Positions 1 through 9,519 are shown, counted from the stretch's first letter. The stretch is DNA of 32,000 nt from Candidatus Saccharimonadota bacterium (GCA_017510445.1 JAFWNF010000002.1:20294-52293), one strand, 5' to 3'. Translations and numbers: made by a program. The notes: generated by a model not told the origin, from the sequence alone.

Positions 1-948
1 TTACCAGAGACCGATTTTGGTGGCGACGTCTTAACTGAAAAAGATTTGAATGATATCGCCTTTGGTGCTGAACATGATTTCGATTATGTCGCCATGTCTT
101 TCGTCCAGAGCGCAAACGATATCATTAAATTGCGGGAAATTATGAAACAGCATAATTATGACGCAAAGGTTATAGCCAAAATTGAAACTCAAAAAGCAAT
201 TGAAACAGATAAACATCTGGAAGAAATTGTTAAGGTTTCTGACGGTATCATGGTTGCCCGTAACGATATGTCTGCTGAAGCTGGAAATGAAGTCGTCCCA
301 ATTGTTCAGAGAAAGCTGATTGCTTTTTGTCGAAGACATTCAAAATTTTGTATTGTTGCGTCTCAAATGTTTATGTCTATGGTTGAAAATCCCGAGCCAA
401 CTCGTGCCGAAGTTAGCGATGTAGCAAACGCCGTCGTTCAAGGCGCAGACGTCGTCATGTTATCCGACGAAACAACGAATGGTAAATTCCCAATCGAAAC
501 CGTAAAACAAATGAAGAAAGTCATTCTTTATACCCAAAACCATCTTCCTGTTTCTCAGATTAGCCAAGATCCAAGTAGCGAGAACAACAACTATGACGCC
601 ATCGCTAGTGCGGTTGTTGATTTAGCTGAAAGACTTGATGTCGATTTAATTATTAGCCAAACAGGAACAGGTGAAACATCTCGAATTCTGGCCGCCCAAC
701 GTCCAGATGTGCCAATTTTGTCAGTGACTAGTGATCCGCATGTCGCAAATCAACTTGCGCTTATTTACGGCAACACAGCTTTCACTCGTCCATATTCCGT
801 TACCTACGGCATCGATCTTGTTAAAGAATTGAAAGCGTCAGGTTATTTGAAAGTTCCGGAAGGGAAAGACGAACTCCTCGCTATTATTGTTTCTGGCAAC
901 AAAGATAGAATTGCTGGAACAGATACAATTCGTATCCGTCATATTTAA
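1..948 (+). CDS. pyk: Pyruvate kinase, C-terminal part (5' truncated by window edge)
   Basis: Frame 1 is open from base 1 (LPETDFGGDVLTEKDLNDI...). It contains DYVAMSFVQSANDI and NPEPTRAEVSDVANAVVQGADVVMLSDET, typical of pyruvate kinase. Confidence 0.95.
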   Translation, partial: LPETDFGGDVLTEKDLNDIAFGAEHDFDYVAMSFVQSANDIIKLREIMKQHNYDAKVIAKIETQKAIETDKHLEEIVKVSDGIMVARNDMSAEAGNEVVPIVQRKLIAFCRRHSKFCIVASQMFMSMVENPEPTRAEVSDVANAVVQGADVVMLSDETTNGKFPIETVKQMKKVILYTQNHLPVSQISQDPSSENNNYDAIASAVVDLAERLDVDLIISQTGTGETSRILAAQRPDVPILSVTSDPHVANQLALIYGNTAFTRPYSVTYGIDLVKELKASGYLKVPEGKDELLAIIVSGNKDRIAGTDTIRIRHI

Positions 949-976
949 TGGTATAATCTAGGAAAGTGGAGGTTTT

Positions 977-2050
977 ATGTTTGATAAAAAAACAATCAAA
1001 GATGTTGATATAAAAAACAAAATTGTTTTAGTCCGTGTCGATTATAATGTTCCATTAAAAGACGGAGAAGTTACAAGTGATTTAAGAATTAAGTCTAGTT
1101 TGCCAACTCTAAATTATTTAATTGAGAAAAAAGCAAAGAAGATTATTTTAATCTCGCATCTTGGTCGCCCAGAAGGAAAGAAAGTTCCGGAATTGTCCAT
1201 GAAACCTGTCGCAGAAGCTCTGAAAAAACTTCTGCCAGAATCGAAGATTAATTTTGTTGATGATGTTTCTGGTCCTGATGTCGAAACTGCTGTCGAAACA
1301 GCCAAAGACGGTGAAATTATTTTACTCGAAAACCTACGTTTTTATGCTGGCGAAGAAAAGAATTCCGAAGACTTTATTCGCGAGATTGTCGATTCGACTG
1401 GTGCAGAAATCTTTGTTCAAGACGGCTTTGCGGTCATTCATCGCGCCCACGCTTCGACTTCCGCCATCGCGAAATGTTTGCCAGTTTATGCTGGATTTTT
1501 GTTAGAGAAAGAAGTTGAAAATCTCACGAAAGTCACCGAAAAACCCGAAAAGCCATTTCTCTTTATTCTCGGCGGTTCAAAAGTTGAGGACAAACAACCT
1601 TTAATCGATAAATTTATTGATAAAGTTGATGACATTGTTGTTGGTGGAAAAATCGCTGTTGATGGCTACCAACCTGATAACGAAAAAATCTACGTAGCAG
1701 AAGATTTTGATGAAGATTCTGAAGGAAACAAACTCGATATTGGACCAGTTTCGACTCATAAAATTGTCGAAAAAATTCAAAACGCAAAAACCATCGTTTG
1801 GAATGGCGTATTAGGCAAGGTTGAAGATCCTGCTTTTGCAACATCTTCGACAATCGTCGCGAAAATTATCGGCGAAAATCCAGAAATAACTTCAATTATT
1901 TGTGGTGGCGATACGACAGGATTTGTTGAAAACTTAATGGAAGAATCAAAAGACTTAAAATATTCGCTCGTTTCTACTGGCGGTGGTGCTTCTCTCGAAC
2001 TTCTGTGTGGAAAAGAATTGCCAGGCCTTGAAGTAGTTGAAGACAAATAA
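977..2050 (+). CDS. pgk: Phosphoglycerate kinase (compact, 357 aa)
   Basis: VLVRVDYNVPL, SHLGRPEG, LLENLRFYAGEEKN, HRAHAST, LGGSKVEDK, VWNGVLG and STGGGASLELLCGKELPG motifs. SD-like GGAGG upstream and TATAAT at about 951-956. Confidence 0.96.
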   Translation: MFDKKTIKDVDIKNKIVLVRVDYNVPLKDGEVTSDLRIKSSLPTLNYLIEKKAKKIILISHLGRPEGKKVPELSMKPVAEALKKLLPESKINFVDDVSGPDVETAVETAKDGEIILLENLRFYAGEEKNSEDFIREIVDSTGAEIFVQDGFAVIHRAHASTSAIAKCLPVYAGFLLEKEVENLTKVTEKPEKPFLFILGGSKVEDKQPLIDKFIDKVDDIVVGGKIAVDGYQPDNEKIYVAEDFDEDSEGNKLDIGPVSTHKIVEKIQNAKTIVWNGVLGKVEDPAFATSSTIVAKIIGENPEITSIICGGDTTGFVENLMEESKDLKYSLVSTGGGASLELLCGKELPGLEVVEDK

Positions 2051-2054
2051 AAGC

Positions 2055-2081
2055 GAGCCCGTGCGAACACGGGCTCTTTTT
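2055..2081 (+). terminator. Rho-independent terminator between convergent pgk and hppA
   Basis: GAGCCCGTG-cgaa-CACGGGCTC followed by TTTTT. Confidence 0.9.
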
Positions 2082-2097
2082 ATCAGACGCGTTAGAA

Positions 2098-4203
2098 TTA
2101 GATTCTAAACAACGGGGCGAGCGTATTCGCCACAGTTGACATCATTTTAATGAAGATGTCGAGGGCGACCCCTACCACGTCTTTACGAGTGTCGCCGATG
2201 GTATCACCATCGACAGAGGATTTGTGAGCGGGAGAACCTTTTGGACAGTCCGGAATTCCGCCAGCTTCAATGAACTTTTTGGCGTTATCGAATGCACCAC
2301 CACTGTTGCCCATAAATATTGCGAGCATAATGGCGATGATTGTTGCACCAACAAGTGTTCCGCCAACGAACTGTGCGCCAAAGATAAAGCCGCAAACTAC
2401 TGGAACGATAATTGCGATGATTGACGGCGCAAGCATCTTTTTCAGTGCGCGGTTTGTTGCAATATTGATGCAGGTTTCATAGTCAGGCCTTTTTGTGCCT
2501 TCGAGAATACCTGGCTCTTTGATTTGTTCAATACTTTCGTCAGCCATTGCCTGTGCCGACTCGATTGTATTTCTGGTTAACCAACCAGAGAACAGTGCAA
2601 TTATTCCTCCGAAAATTGCACCACCCATAACTTTGCCGTCGGCAATGTTAAGGTCGACATTTGTCGAGAAGTTGCCGATAAACGAAATTATCATCGAGAT
2701 CGTTGCGAAGGCCGCGCTTCCGATAGCAAAACCCTTACCAATAGCTGCGGTTGTATTACCGATTGAGTCAAGTTCGTCTGTGACTTCGCGGAGTTCTTCA
2801 GGAAGATGACAGGCCTCTACAATTCCGCCAGCGTTGTCTGCAATCGGACCAAAAGCATCGATCGAAACAGTTGTTCCAACGAATGACAACATTCCAAGAG
2901 CAGAAATTGCGATGCCATAATTTCCGCAAAGTTTTGAAGAAATCATGATGGCGATGCCGATGAGTGCCATGGGCGGGAAGCAGGAAATAAATCCTAGTCC
3001 GTCACCCATTGTGACGTTAAATGCGGTACCTTCTTTAGAGATTTTTGCAATGTCCTGAACAAAATGATATTTACTTGAAGTAAATATCTCGGTGATTATT
3101 CCGATTAGGACTCCAGAAAGGATGCCTAAAATTGCAGATATCCACGGAGATACCCAACCGAGCTTAAAGACTTCGGGGATTGATTCCGTTTTGCCGAATA
3201 CTTTTGCGCAGGCAACAAAACTACCGATAACTGTAATACCAGCCGAAATATAAGTTGCCATATTAAGCTGTTTTGATGCGGAATTGCTCATCTTTATGTG
3301 CGAAGAAATTGCAACGCCGATGATACAACTTAATAGTCCAACACCTGCTAAAAGTAACGGGAACATGATTGCTGCTTTAAAAAGCTCAACACTTGATTTG
3401 CCAAAAACTATTACTGACATCATTATTGATGCGACGATTGTCGCAACATAGCTTTCAAGCAAATCGGAACAGTTACCAGCAATATCGTTTACGTTATCGC
3501 CGATAAAATCAGCGATTGTGCTAGGAATTCTCGGGTCATCTTCAGGAAGTCCGTATCTATTTTTTCCGACAATATCGGAAGAAATATCTGCAGCCTTCGT
3601 GAAGTTTCCGCCAGCGACACGGTTAAACATTGCAACAATTGAGCAACCGAGAGAATAAGTCGTTATTCTTACAATTGTCGGGTTGCAAACTGTTTTCAAA
3701 ACCAAACCGTGGCTTTCTGAATTTGGATTGATTTCGCCAAAAACAAACAGAATAAACAAGATTCCGAATGTGCCAAGTGCTTGAACGCTAAGACCAGAAA
3801 CGCCACCACCTGTAAGAGCAACTTTCATTGTTTCGAAAATAGATTTCTCTTTTCCAAGACTATAAGTTTCTCTAGCACGATTGGATGTTCTAACGTTTGC
3901 ATAAGTTGCACTTCTCATGCCCATAATACAAACAAACGAACTCATCATCGCACCAAGGATGAACGTTAAACCGGATGTTTTTTCAACAAAAAGAGAAAAA
4001 ATAATTGCCAAAACTATAACGACAATAGCAATTGTTTTAAACTCAATTTTGATAAAAGTGTTCGCACCGGCGCGGATTATGCTTGCGAGATTTTTCATCT
4101 CCTCATTGCCTTCATTCATTCCCTTAACTTTCGTGTAGGAAGACATTATGTACACGAGAGCCAAAACTACTACTGCCAGTATTGCACAAAGCAATATGTT
4201 CAT
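2098..4203 (-). CDS. hppA: Membrane-bound ion-translocating pyrophosphatase (K+-dependent type)
   Basis: 701 aa multi-TM protein with GLPEDDPRIPSTIADFIGDNVNDIAGNCSDLLESY and GNTTAAIGKGFAIGSAAF motifs. Confidence 0.93.
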   Translation of the reverse strand: MNILLCAILAVVVLALVYIMSSYTKVKGMNEGNEEMKNLASIIRAGANTFIKIEFKTIAIVVIVLAIIFSLFVEKTSGLTFILGAMMSSFVCIMGMRSATYANVRTSNRARETYSLGKEKSIFETMKVALTGGGVSGLSVQALGTFGILFILFVFGEINPNSESHGLVLKTVCNPTIVRITTYSLGCSIVAMFNRVAGGNFTKAADISSDIVGKNRYGLPEDDPRIPSTIADFIGDNVNDIAGNCSDLLESYVATIVASIMMSVIVFGKSSVELFKAAIMFPLLLAGVGLLSCIIGVAISSHIKMSNSASKQLNMATYISAGITVIGSFVACAKVFGKTESIPEVFKLGWVSPWISAILGILSGVLIGIITEIFTSSKYHFVQDIAKISKEGTAFNVTMGDGLGFISCFPPMALIGIAIMISSKLCGNYGIAISALGMLSFVGTTVSIDAFGPIADNAGGIVEACHLPEELREVTDELDSIGNTTAAIGKGFAIGSAAFATISMIISFIGNFSTNVDLNIADGKVMGGAIFGGIIALFSGWLTRNTIESAQAMADESIEQIKEPGILEGTKRPDYETCINIATNRALKKMLAPSIIAIIVPVVCGFIFGAQFVGGTLVGATIIAIMLAIFMGNSGGAFDNAKKFIEAGGIPDCPKGSPAHKSSVDGDTIGDTRKDVVGVALDIFIKMMSTVANTLAPLFRI

Positions 4204-4235
4204 AAAAACACCTCTTTCAAAAAATTAAGATACAA

Positions 4236-4274
4236 AATTGAGGGTACGCTCCACCCTCTAATTTCACCGAAAGA
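4236..4274 (-). promoter_or_regulatory. hppA promoter -10 and leader hairpin
   Basis: Minus strand reads TATAAT (4269-4274), then AATTAGAGGGT-ggagcgt-ACCCTCAATT as a stem-loop ahead of the SD (AAAGAGG). Confidence 0.5.
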
Positions 4275-4293
4275 TTATATCACAGATTACAGG

Positions 4294-5280
4294 CTAAGTC
4301 CAGATGAAAGTAATCACATAGTAAGCGACAAAAATCCCCACCATTACCGCGCCTTCTTTTCTGGAAATGTATTTGTCTTCTTTTGTGAACATGAACAAAA
4401 TCAGCGCAGCACTTGCCATCATTACCAAATCTAGAATGTTAAAGCTAACAATGCTAATCCCGCCATAAATTAGAATTGGGAGACCTAAAACTACGCAAAT
4501 ATCAAAGATATTACTGCCAAGCGAATTACCGATCAGAAGATCCTGCTCTCCTTTTTTCGAAGCAAAAATCGCAGCAGTTAATTCTGGCAAAGATGTCCCG
4601 ATTGCAACGACCGCGATTGCAATAACTCGTTCACTCACACCAATTGCCGACGCAATAGTTTTTGCGTTATTTACAACGAGATCACTACCGAGAACTACCG
4701 CAGCGAGTCCACCAAATAAGAAAAGCACATAAACCCAAGTCTTCCTCTCCTTTTTTATCTTTTTTCGTCTAGTTCTTGCTGGCTTCGTTTTTGTTTTTGA
4801 GTTTCGGGATCGAATTTTTGAAATGAAAAATGTCAGGAATAGTGATGTGAAATATAGAAGCAGAAGAACCACAGCGCCAGTCCTATTAATCTCGCCGTCA
4901 GTAAAGAACGCAATTGCTACTAATGCGACAAACACAGTGATAAGAAAAACATAAAACGGCATCTCGACTTCAACCGCGCTTTTTCGGATTTTTACAGGAC
5001 GAATAAGTGCACTGACACCAAGAAGCAAGAAAATATCTGCAATTGCACAGCCGATAATATCACCAAGAATCAAATCCGTTTCTCCGCTAGAAAAAGCTTT
5101 TAGCGCAACGAAAATTTCCGGCGCACTTGTCCCGAAAACGATGATTGTCATTCCGATAACAAGTTCAGAAATTTTCAGTTTTCGCGCGACACCACTAGCG
5201 CCATCAACCAGAAAATCTGCGCCTTTAATTAGGACAAATAATCCAACGAGAAAAACTAGTGTTGTTAGAAAAATATCCAT
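4294..5280 (-). CDS. Calcium/sodium antiporter, CaCA family (YrbG-like)
   Basis: Duplicated motifs GADFLVDGASGVARKLKISELVIGMTIIVFGTSAPE and GSDLVVNNAKTIASAIGVSERVIAIAVVAIGTSLPE. Confidence 0.92.
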   Translation of the reverse strand: MDIFLTTLVFLVGLFVLIKGADFLVDGASGVARKLKISELVIGMTIIVFGTSAPEIFVALKAFSSGETDLILGDIIGCAIADIFLLLGVSALIRPVKIRKSAVEVEMPFYVFLITVFVALVAIAFFTDGEINRTGAVVLLLLYFTSLFLTFFISKIRSRNSKTKTKPARTRRKKIKKERKTWVYVLFLFGGLAAVVLGSDLVVNNAKTIASAIGVSERVIAIAVVAIGTSLPELTAAIFASKKGEQDLLIGNSLGSNIFDICVVLGLPILIYGGISIVSFNILDLVMMASAALILFMFTKEDKYISRKEGAVMVGIFVAYYVITFIWT

Positions 5281-5289
5281 AAGCTTATT

Positions 5290-5739
5290 CTACCACAGTG
5301 TTCTCCACATATAATCTTTGTATTTTCCGTTTTTATACATAGACCAGTCAGCCCACGGCTCATTGTTTTCTTTGTAGAGTTTATAGGCGCACGCTACATT
5401 TTTTTCAATATCAAAAGTGTCACAATCCTCTCGCCCTGGAAGAATTCTAATTTGGAATAGTCCAACCGAATAGCCATATTCTCGACCTTTTTCTTCAAAG
5501 ACCATATTCAGATCTCCCTTTGAATATTGATCGCATTTACTTTCAGCCTTCATTACCGCAATTGCAATGCCAGTATCCCAATCATATTTTTTTATTTCAT
5601 TTATTGCATCGTCGCAATTTTCAAGCGTAATATTAGGCGGTAAAATTCTGCCCGTCGTAAAAAATTCCCAGTGATAAATTGCAATTATACCGAGGAAAGT
5701 CAAAATAAAAATAATAAATAAAATTAAAACTTTTTTCAT
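5290..5739 (-). CDS. Membrane-anchored small protein with possible lysozyme/transglycosylase-like fold
   Basis: 149 aa; N-terminal TM segment, then IAIAVMKAESKCDQYSKGDLN...YGYSVGLFQIRI...CAYKLYKE, resembling a lytic transglycosylase (E-S-x-...GLFQI) pattern. Confidence 0.6.
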   Translation of the reverse strand: MKKVLILFIIFILTFLGIIAIYHWEFFTTGRILPPNITLENCDDAINEIKKYDWDTGIAIAVMKAESKCDQYSKGDLNMVFEEKGREYGYSVGLFQIRILPGREDCDTFDIEKNVACAYKLYKENNEPWADWSMYKNGKYKDYMWRTLW

Positions 5740-6705
5740 TTATCCACCAAATAACTCTGGATTTTCAACTAAAACTATGCCACACACCGCGATTAAGGTG
5801 GCGACAAAGTGAACAATTACAGTTCGTTTGTCGAGTTTTTCACGTCCAAATTTAGGCCAAACAATTGTAAATACTAATCCAAACAAGAAAGTCGCAAGTA
5901 GCTTTATTACATTTTCAATAGCCGAAATAACCGCAACTTGACCAAGAAGCATAGCGTAACGCATCAAAGCATCTTGCGTGATCCAAAGGGCTGCACTTGC
6001 AAAAAGCGGTATTAAAACCTTATATTTCGATTTTTTGAGAACGCGCGAATAATCTTTTCGCCATTTTTTAAAGATTAAACATAAGACGATATCGAAAACC
6101 GCTCTTCCAGAAAGCAGAAATGCAACTGCCATTACCATCGGCATCTCCTTTTCGCCCATCCCATCACCTCGCTCTGCAAGAAGGAAAGAAATATATGAGA
6201 AAGCATAAATAATCAAATGAACTAAAATAAGAAGAGCCGCTTTATTCTCTACTTTTTTTCCTCTTTTTCTAGTTGAAAGTACGATTAGAAGCGGAGCAGA
6301 TAGTAGGACGAAAAAAGCAATCAATTGAACGTGTGAAATATGTTGACCTAATAATAATGCGCCAAGAATCAACAAAAAAACAGGTGCAAGTTGGGAAAAA
6401 ATCACCGTACCTGTGGTGTTTTCATATTTTAGTGCTAGATAGTACGGAATAGAAGATAGCGATAAAATCACACCAGACAGAGCAATAAAGAATGCGGAAG
6501 ACAAAGAAAAAGACGGCACGTCAAAGAAAATTGGATAAATAATAAATATGGAAATTGAAATAACTGCGTAAATTGGTCCAAAAAAACACTTTTGGATTTG
6601 CGGGCGTTTACCGTTGAAATAGTTATCGACAAGGGCATTATCAAAAAACCCAGCAACAGAAGCTAAAACAGCGCAAATAATGGTAAGTATTAGCCAAATT
6701 TCCAT
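5740..6705 (-). CDS. EamA/DMT-superfamily permease
   Basis: 321 aa, about 10 TM segments, two EamA-like halves (LALKYENTTGTVIFSQLAPVFLLILGALLLGQ; GQVAVISAIENVIKLLATFLFGLVF). Confidence 0.8.
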   Translation of the reverse strand: MEIWLILTIICAVLASVAGFFDNALVDNYFNGKRPQIQKCFFGPIYAVISISIFIIYPIFFDVPSFSLSSAFFIALSGVILSLSSIPYYLALKYENTTGTVIFSQLAPVFLLILGALLLGQHISHVQLIAFFVLLSAPLLIVLSTRKRGKKVENKAALLILVHLIIYAFSYISFLLAERGDGMGEKEMPMVMAVAFLLSGRAVFDIVLCLIFKKWRKDYSRVLKKSKYKVLIPLFASAALWITQDALMRYAMLLGQVAVISAIENVIKLLATFLFGLVFTIVWPKFGREKLDKRTVIVHFVATLIAVCGIVLVENPELFGG

Positions 6706-6821
6706 ATGATTATTTTAACATAAGCATTTACAAAAGAAAATAAGAGAAAAAATACCAAAATATTGTAAAAATTACAACATTTTTTCATTAGCGCGATAAC
6801 AGATAATCAGCATTTTTGTAG

Positions 6822-6827
6822 TATAAT
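6822..6827 (+). promoter_or_regulatory. -10 element upstream of the SPFH gene
   Basis: TATAAT at 6822-6827; AAAGGAG SD-like site before ATG 6865. Confidence 0.5.
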
Positions 6828-6864
6828 AAAACCATAATAATTAACAACTAAAGGAGAATCCCTT

Positions 6865-8073
6865 ATGGCATTTATCAAAGCATTTTCAGGCGCGCTTGGT
6901 GGAAGCTTCGCAAACCAATGGCTCGACTATCTCGTTCCGCCTTCAAGCATGCGTGATCACACTCTCATCGCGCGCGCAGTGACAAAAAATACAGACGCAG
7001 ACCGAACCTCAAACACAAAAGGCAACGAAAATATTATCAGCGATGGCAGTAAATTCCTCGTTCCTGAAGGCGCGTGTCTTGTCACGGTAGAAAATGGCGC
7101 AATCACTGGTGTTATTGCCGAACCAGGCGGTTATACTTATAGCGCTAAAGATGTTCCAGAAGCAAAAAGCATGTTCGCTGGTGACGGATTCTTCGCTAGT
7201 ACCTTTGGCCAAAGCTGGAACCAATTTAAATTCGGTGGCCAACCAGGCAACCAACAATTCGCTTTCTATGTAAATTTGAAGGATATTGCCGGTCTTCGCT
7301 ATGGTACTCAAAATCCAATTCGCTACAAAGATGCGAACTATGCAAATACTATGCTCGCTGTGACAAGCAACGGTACTTATACAATCAAGGTCGTCGACCC
7401 AGTTCTTCTTTTCAAAAATCTTATCCCTGTTGACATTGTTTCTGGCCAAGGTCGTGAACAATTTGATATTGGCGATAATGACGAAGGCGTTGAAGACTCT
7501 CTCTTTGCCGGGTTTGTCGGGTCTCTAGCAGCCGCTCTCTCCGCTTATACAAAAGGCGGTAAATCAATCGACGACATCCAAGGCGGAACTACTGAATTTG
7601 CTAAAGAAGTTAATAAAGCAGTTGAAGAAAATTATCAATGGGGAACCAAATACGGCCTCGAAGTTGTTAATGTCCAACCAATGGGCCTCGACTGGGATGA
7701 ACAATCTGTCGAGCTCATCAACAAATTCAATATGGGCAATCTCATGCAAGGTGGCGTTGGCGCAGCCTATGCCCAAACTCAAATTGCTGAAGGTTTTAAT
7801 GCCGCCGGAAATAATGGTGGTGCCATGCCTATGATGGGCATGGGTATGGGTGTCGGCATGATGGGTGGTATGGCCGGTATGGCTCAGCCAATGGGCACAA
7901 ACCCAGTCCAGCCAGCTCAACCAACTCCTGCCCCACAACCAGCCCCACAACAGCCAGCTGCTCCAGCAGCACCTGCGCCAGAAACTTCAGCTCCTGAAGC
8001 ACCAGCTACACCAGAAACTCCAGCACCAGAAGCTCCAGCTGACAACACTACTCCAGAAACTCCAGCGGAGTAG
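6865..8073 (+). CDS. SPFH-domain (YdjI/virion-core-like) protein with Gly/Met-rich and Pro/Ala-rich C-terminal tail
   Basis: 402 aa; MAFIKAFSGALGGSFANQWLDYLVPPSSM...NVKGNENIISDGS-type N-terminus. Tail is MGMGMGVGMMGGMAGM...PAQPTPAPQPAPQQPAAPAAPAPETSAPEAP. Confidence 0.8.
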   Translation: MAFIKAFSGALGGSFANQWLDYLVPPSSMRDHTLIARAVTKNTDADRTSNTKGNENIISDGSKFLVPEGACLVTVENGAITGVIAEPGGYTYSAKDVPEAKSMFAGDGFFASTFGQSWNQFKFGGQPGNQQFAFYVNLKDIAGLRYGTQNPIRYKDANYANTMLAVTSNGTYTIKVVDPVLLFKNLIPVDIVSGQGREQFDIGDNDEGVEDSLFAGFVGSLAAALSAYTKGGKSIDDIQGGTTEFAKEVNKAVEENYQWGTKYGLEVVNVQPMGLDWDEQSVELINKFNMGNLMQGGVGAAYAQTQIAEGFNAAGNNGGAMPMMGMGMGVGMMGGMAGMAQPMGTNPVQPAQPTPAPQPAPQQPAAPAAPAPETSAPEAPATPETPAPEAPADNTTPETPAE

Positions 8074-8076
8074 AAA

Positions 8077-9519
8077 ATGGTCGAAGCAAAAGCTAAAAAT
8101 GGTATGAACCGTTGCCCTAAATGTGGGGCAACGGATACCAGCCTTGATTTAAAATCAGGAAAACTGAAATGCAATTATTGTCGTGCACTTTTTGACGCGA
8201 CAAGTGCCAACGGAGCTACTGATATCAGCCAACTCAAAGGCAGGAAAGTCAGTGGTGGCGCAAAAGACATTATTCCTGATAAAAAAACCATCGTAACCTT
8301 TAAGTGTCCTGCTTGTGGCGCCGAGGTCGTGATAAATGCCGATGAGGCGACCAGCGCTAAATGTCACTGGTGTCGTCACGTCTTTGGTATTAACGAGCAA
8401 ATAGAAAACGGCGCAGTTCCAGACATGGTTCTTCCGTTCAAACTCGACAAAGCTACCGGCGAGAAGAAAATTCGCGAATTTGTCGAAAAGCGTCAATTCT
8501 ATGCTCACCCAGTTTTCAAAAAAGAGTTTACGACCGAAAACACCATGGGCGTTTATTTGCCATATATGGTTGTTGATGTGAACGCTCACGCTTCTTTGTC
8601 TGGTCAGGCCGAGCACCAAACTCGCTCCTACACAGTCCAAATCAACAACCGCACAGTTCGCTATTATGACGCTGATCTTTATAATGTTGCTCGTGATTTT
8701 GATATCGTAATTGATGATTTGACGGTTGAAGCCTCGAAAGATAAATTAAACCAAAACTCTCTAATCAACACTACGAACGTCATTAACGCTATCATGCCTT
8801 TCGACACGGAAAACTGTGTTAGTTGGAACGCAAACTACCTTCGTGGCTTCGCTAGTGAAAAACGTGATGCCAACGTTGAAGACGTTTCTGGCATCGCTAA
8901 GGCTCAAGCTCAGGATATCGCCCGTTTTAAAGTCAAAGAAACTATGGAATTTTATGATCGCGGAGCGGTTTGGTCTTCTGAGTCGATTGATGTCAAAGGC
9001 GCCGAATGGAAATCTGCGTATTTACCAATCTGGCTTTATAGCTATCTTGAGAAAAAAGATGATAAGAAATTGCTTCACTATGTTGCAGTGAATGCCCGTG
9101 ACGGAAAAACAATGGGCAGTGTCCCAATCTACACGGCGAAACTTCTTGCAGTTTCGATTGTGATTGAAGTCTTGTCAATTGTCCTCGGCTTTTTCTGGGC
9201 TTTCATTTGGTTCTCCGATGATGATTCTGCATATGCAGGATTCCTTAGCTTGTTCCCAGGTTTTGTTTATTACTTCATAATCAAGAACAAGTATCGCAAC
9301 ATGAATGCTCGTAATAAACACGAATCGAACACGAAATCAGAAATCAGCAATGTTAAAAAATCTGACACATTCGTAGAGAAACGCACAAGACTCAGGAATT
9401 CTCAAATTGAAGGGAAGAATAGCGACGATGTCAAAGGCACAGTGGCGAAAATGAATAAGAACGGCTTTATGGAAAACATCTCAAGTAAGGTAATCGAAGA
9501 GATAAAGAATCAACAGTAA
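8077..9519 (+). CDS. Zinc-ribbon (TFIIB-like) membrane protein, partner of the SPFH gene
   Basis: Two zinc ribbons (CPKCGATDTSLDLKSGKLKCNYC; CPACGAEVVINADEATSAKCHWC), then a soluble domain and a C-terminal hydrophobic hairpin. Confidence 0.8.
   Translation: MVEAKAKNGMNRCPKCGATDTSLDLKSGKLKCNYCRALFDATSANGATDISQLKGRKVSGGAKDIIPDKKTIVTFKCPACGAEVVINADEATSAKCHWCRHVFGINEQIENGAVPDMVLPFKLDKATGEKKIREFVEKRQFYAHPVFKKEFTTENTMGVYLPYMVVDVNAHASLSGQAEHQTRSYTVQINNRTVRYYDADLYNVARDFDIVIDDLTVEASKDKLNQNSLINTTNVINAIMPFDTENCVSWNANYLRGFASEKRDANVEDVSGIAKAQAQDIARFKVKETMEFYDRGAVWSSESIDVKGAEWKSAYLPIWLYSYLEKKDDKKLLHYVAVNARDGKTMGSVPIYTAKLLAVSIVIEVLSIVLGFFWAFIWFSDDDSAYAGFLSLFPGFVYYFIIKNKYRNMNARNKHESNTKSEISNVKKSDTFVEKRTRLRNSQIEGKNSDDVKGTVAKMNKNGFMENISSKVIEEIKNQQ

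Noticed and set aside
1114-1853. Minus-strand and +2-frame ORFs of 60-97 aa inside pgk (1114..1305, 1254..1505, 1614..1853, 1777..2070)
   Set aside because: They overlap a well-supported pgk CDS in other frames, lack protein-like motifs and SD sites; shadow ORFs.
6763-6777. Inverted repeat TTGTAA-AAA-TTACAA upstream of the SPFH gene
   Set aside because: Short and AT-only arms in an AT-rich spacer, far from the -10; could easily occur by chance.
7917-8174. Minus-strand ORF (85 aa, Gly/Ala-rich)
   Set aside because: It is the antisense translation of the Pro/Ala-rich tail of the SPFH gene; low-complexity artefact.
8155-8640. 161-aa minus-strand ORF inside the zinc-ribbon gene
   Set aside because: Opposite to a CDS with clear CxxC motifs and good coding character; no recognisable domain.
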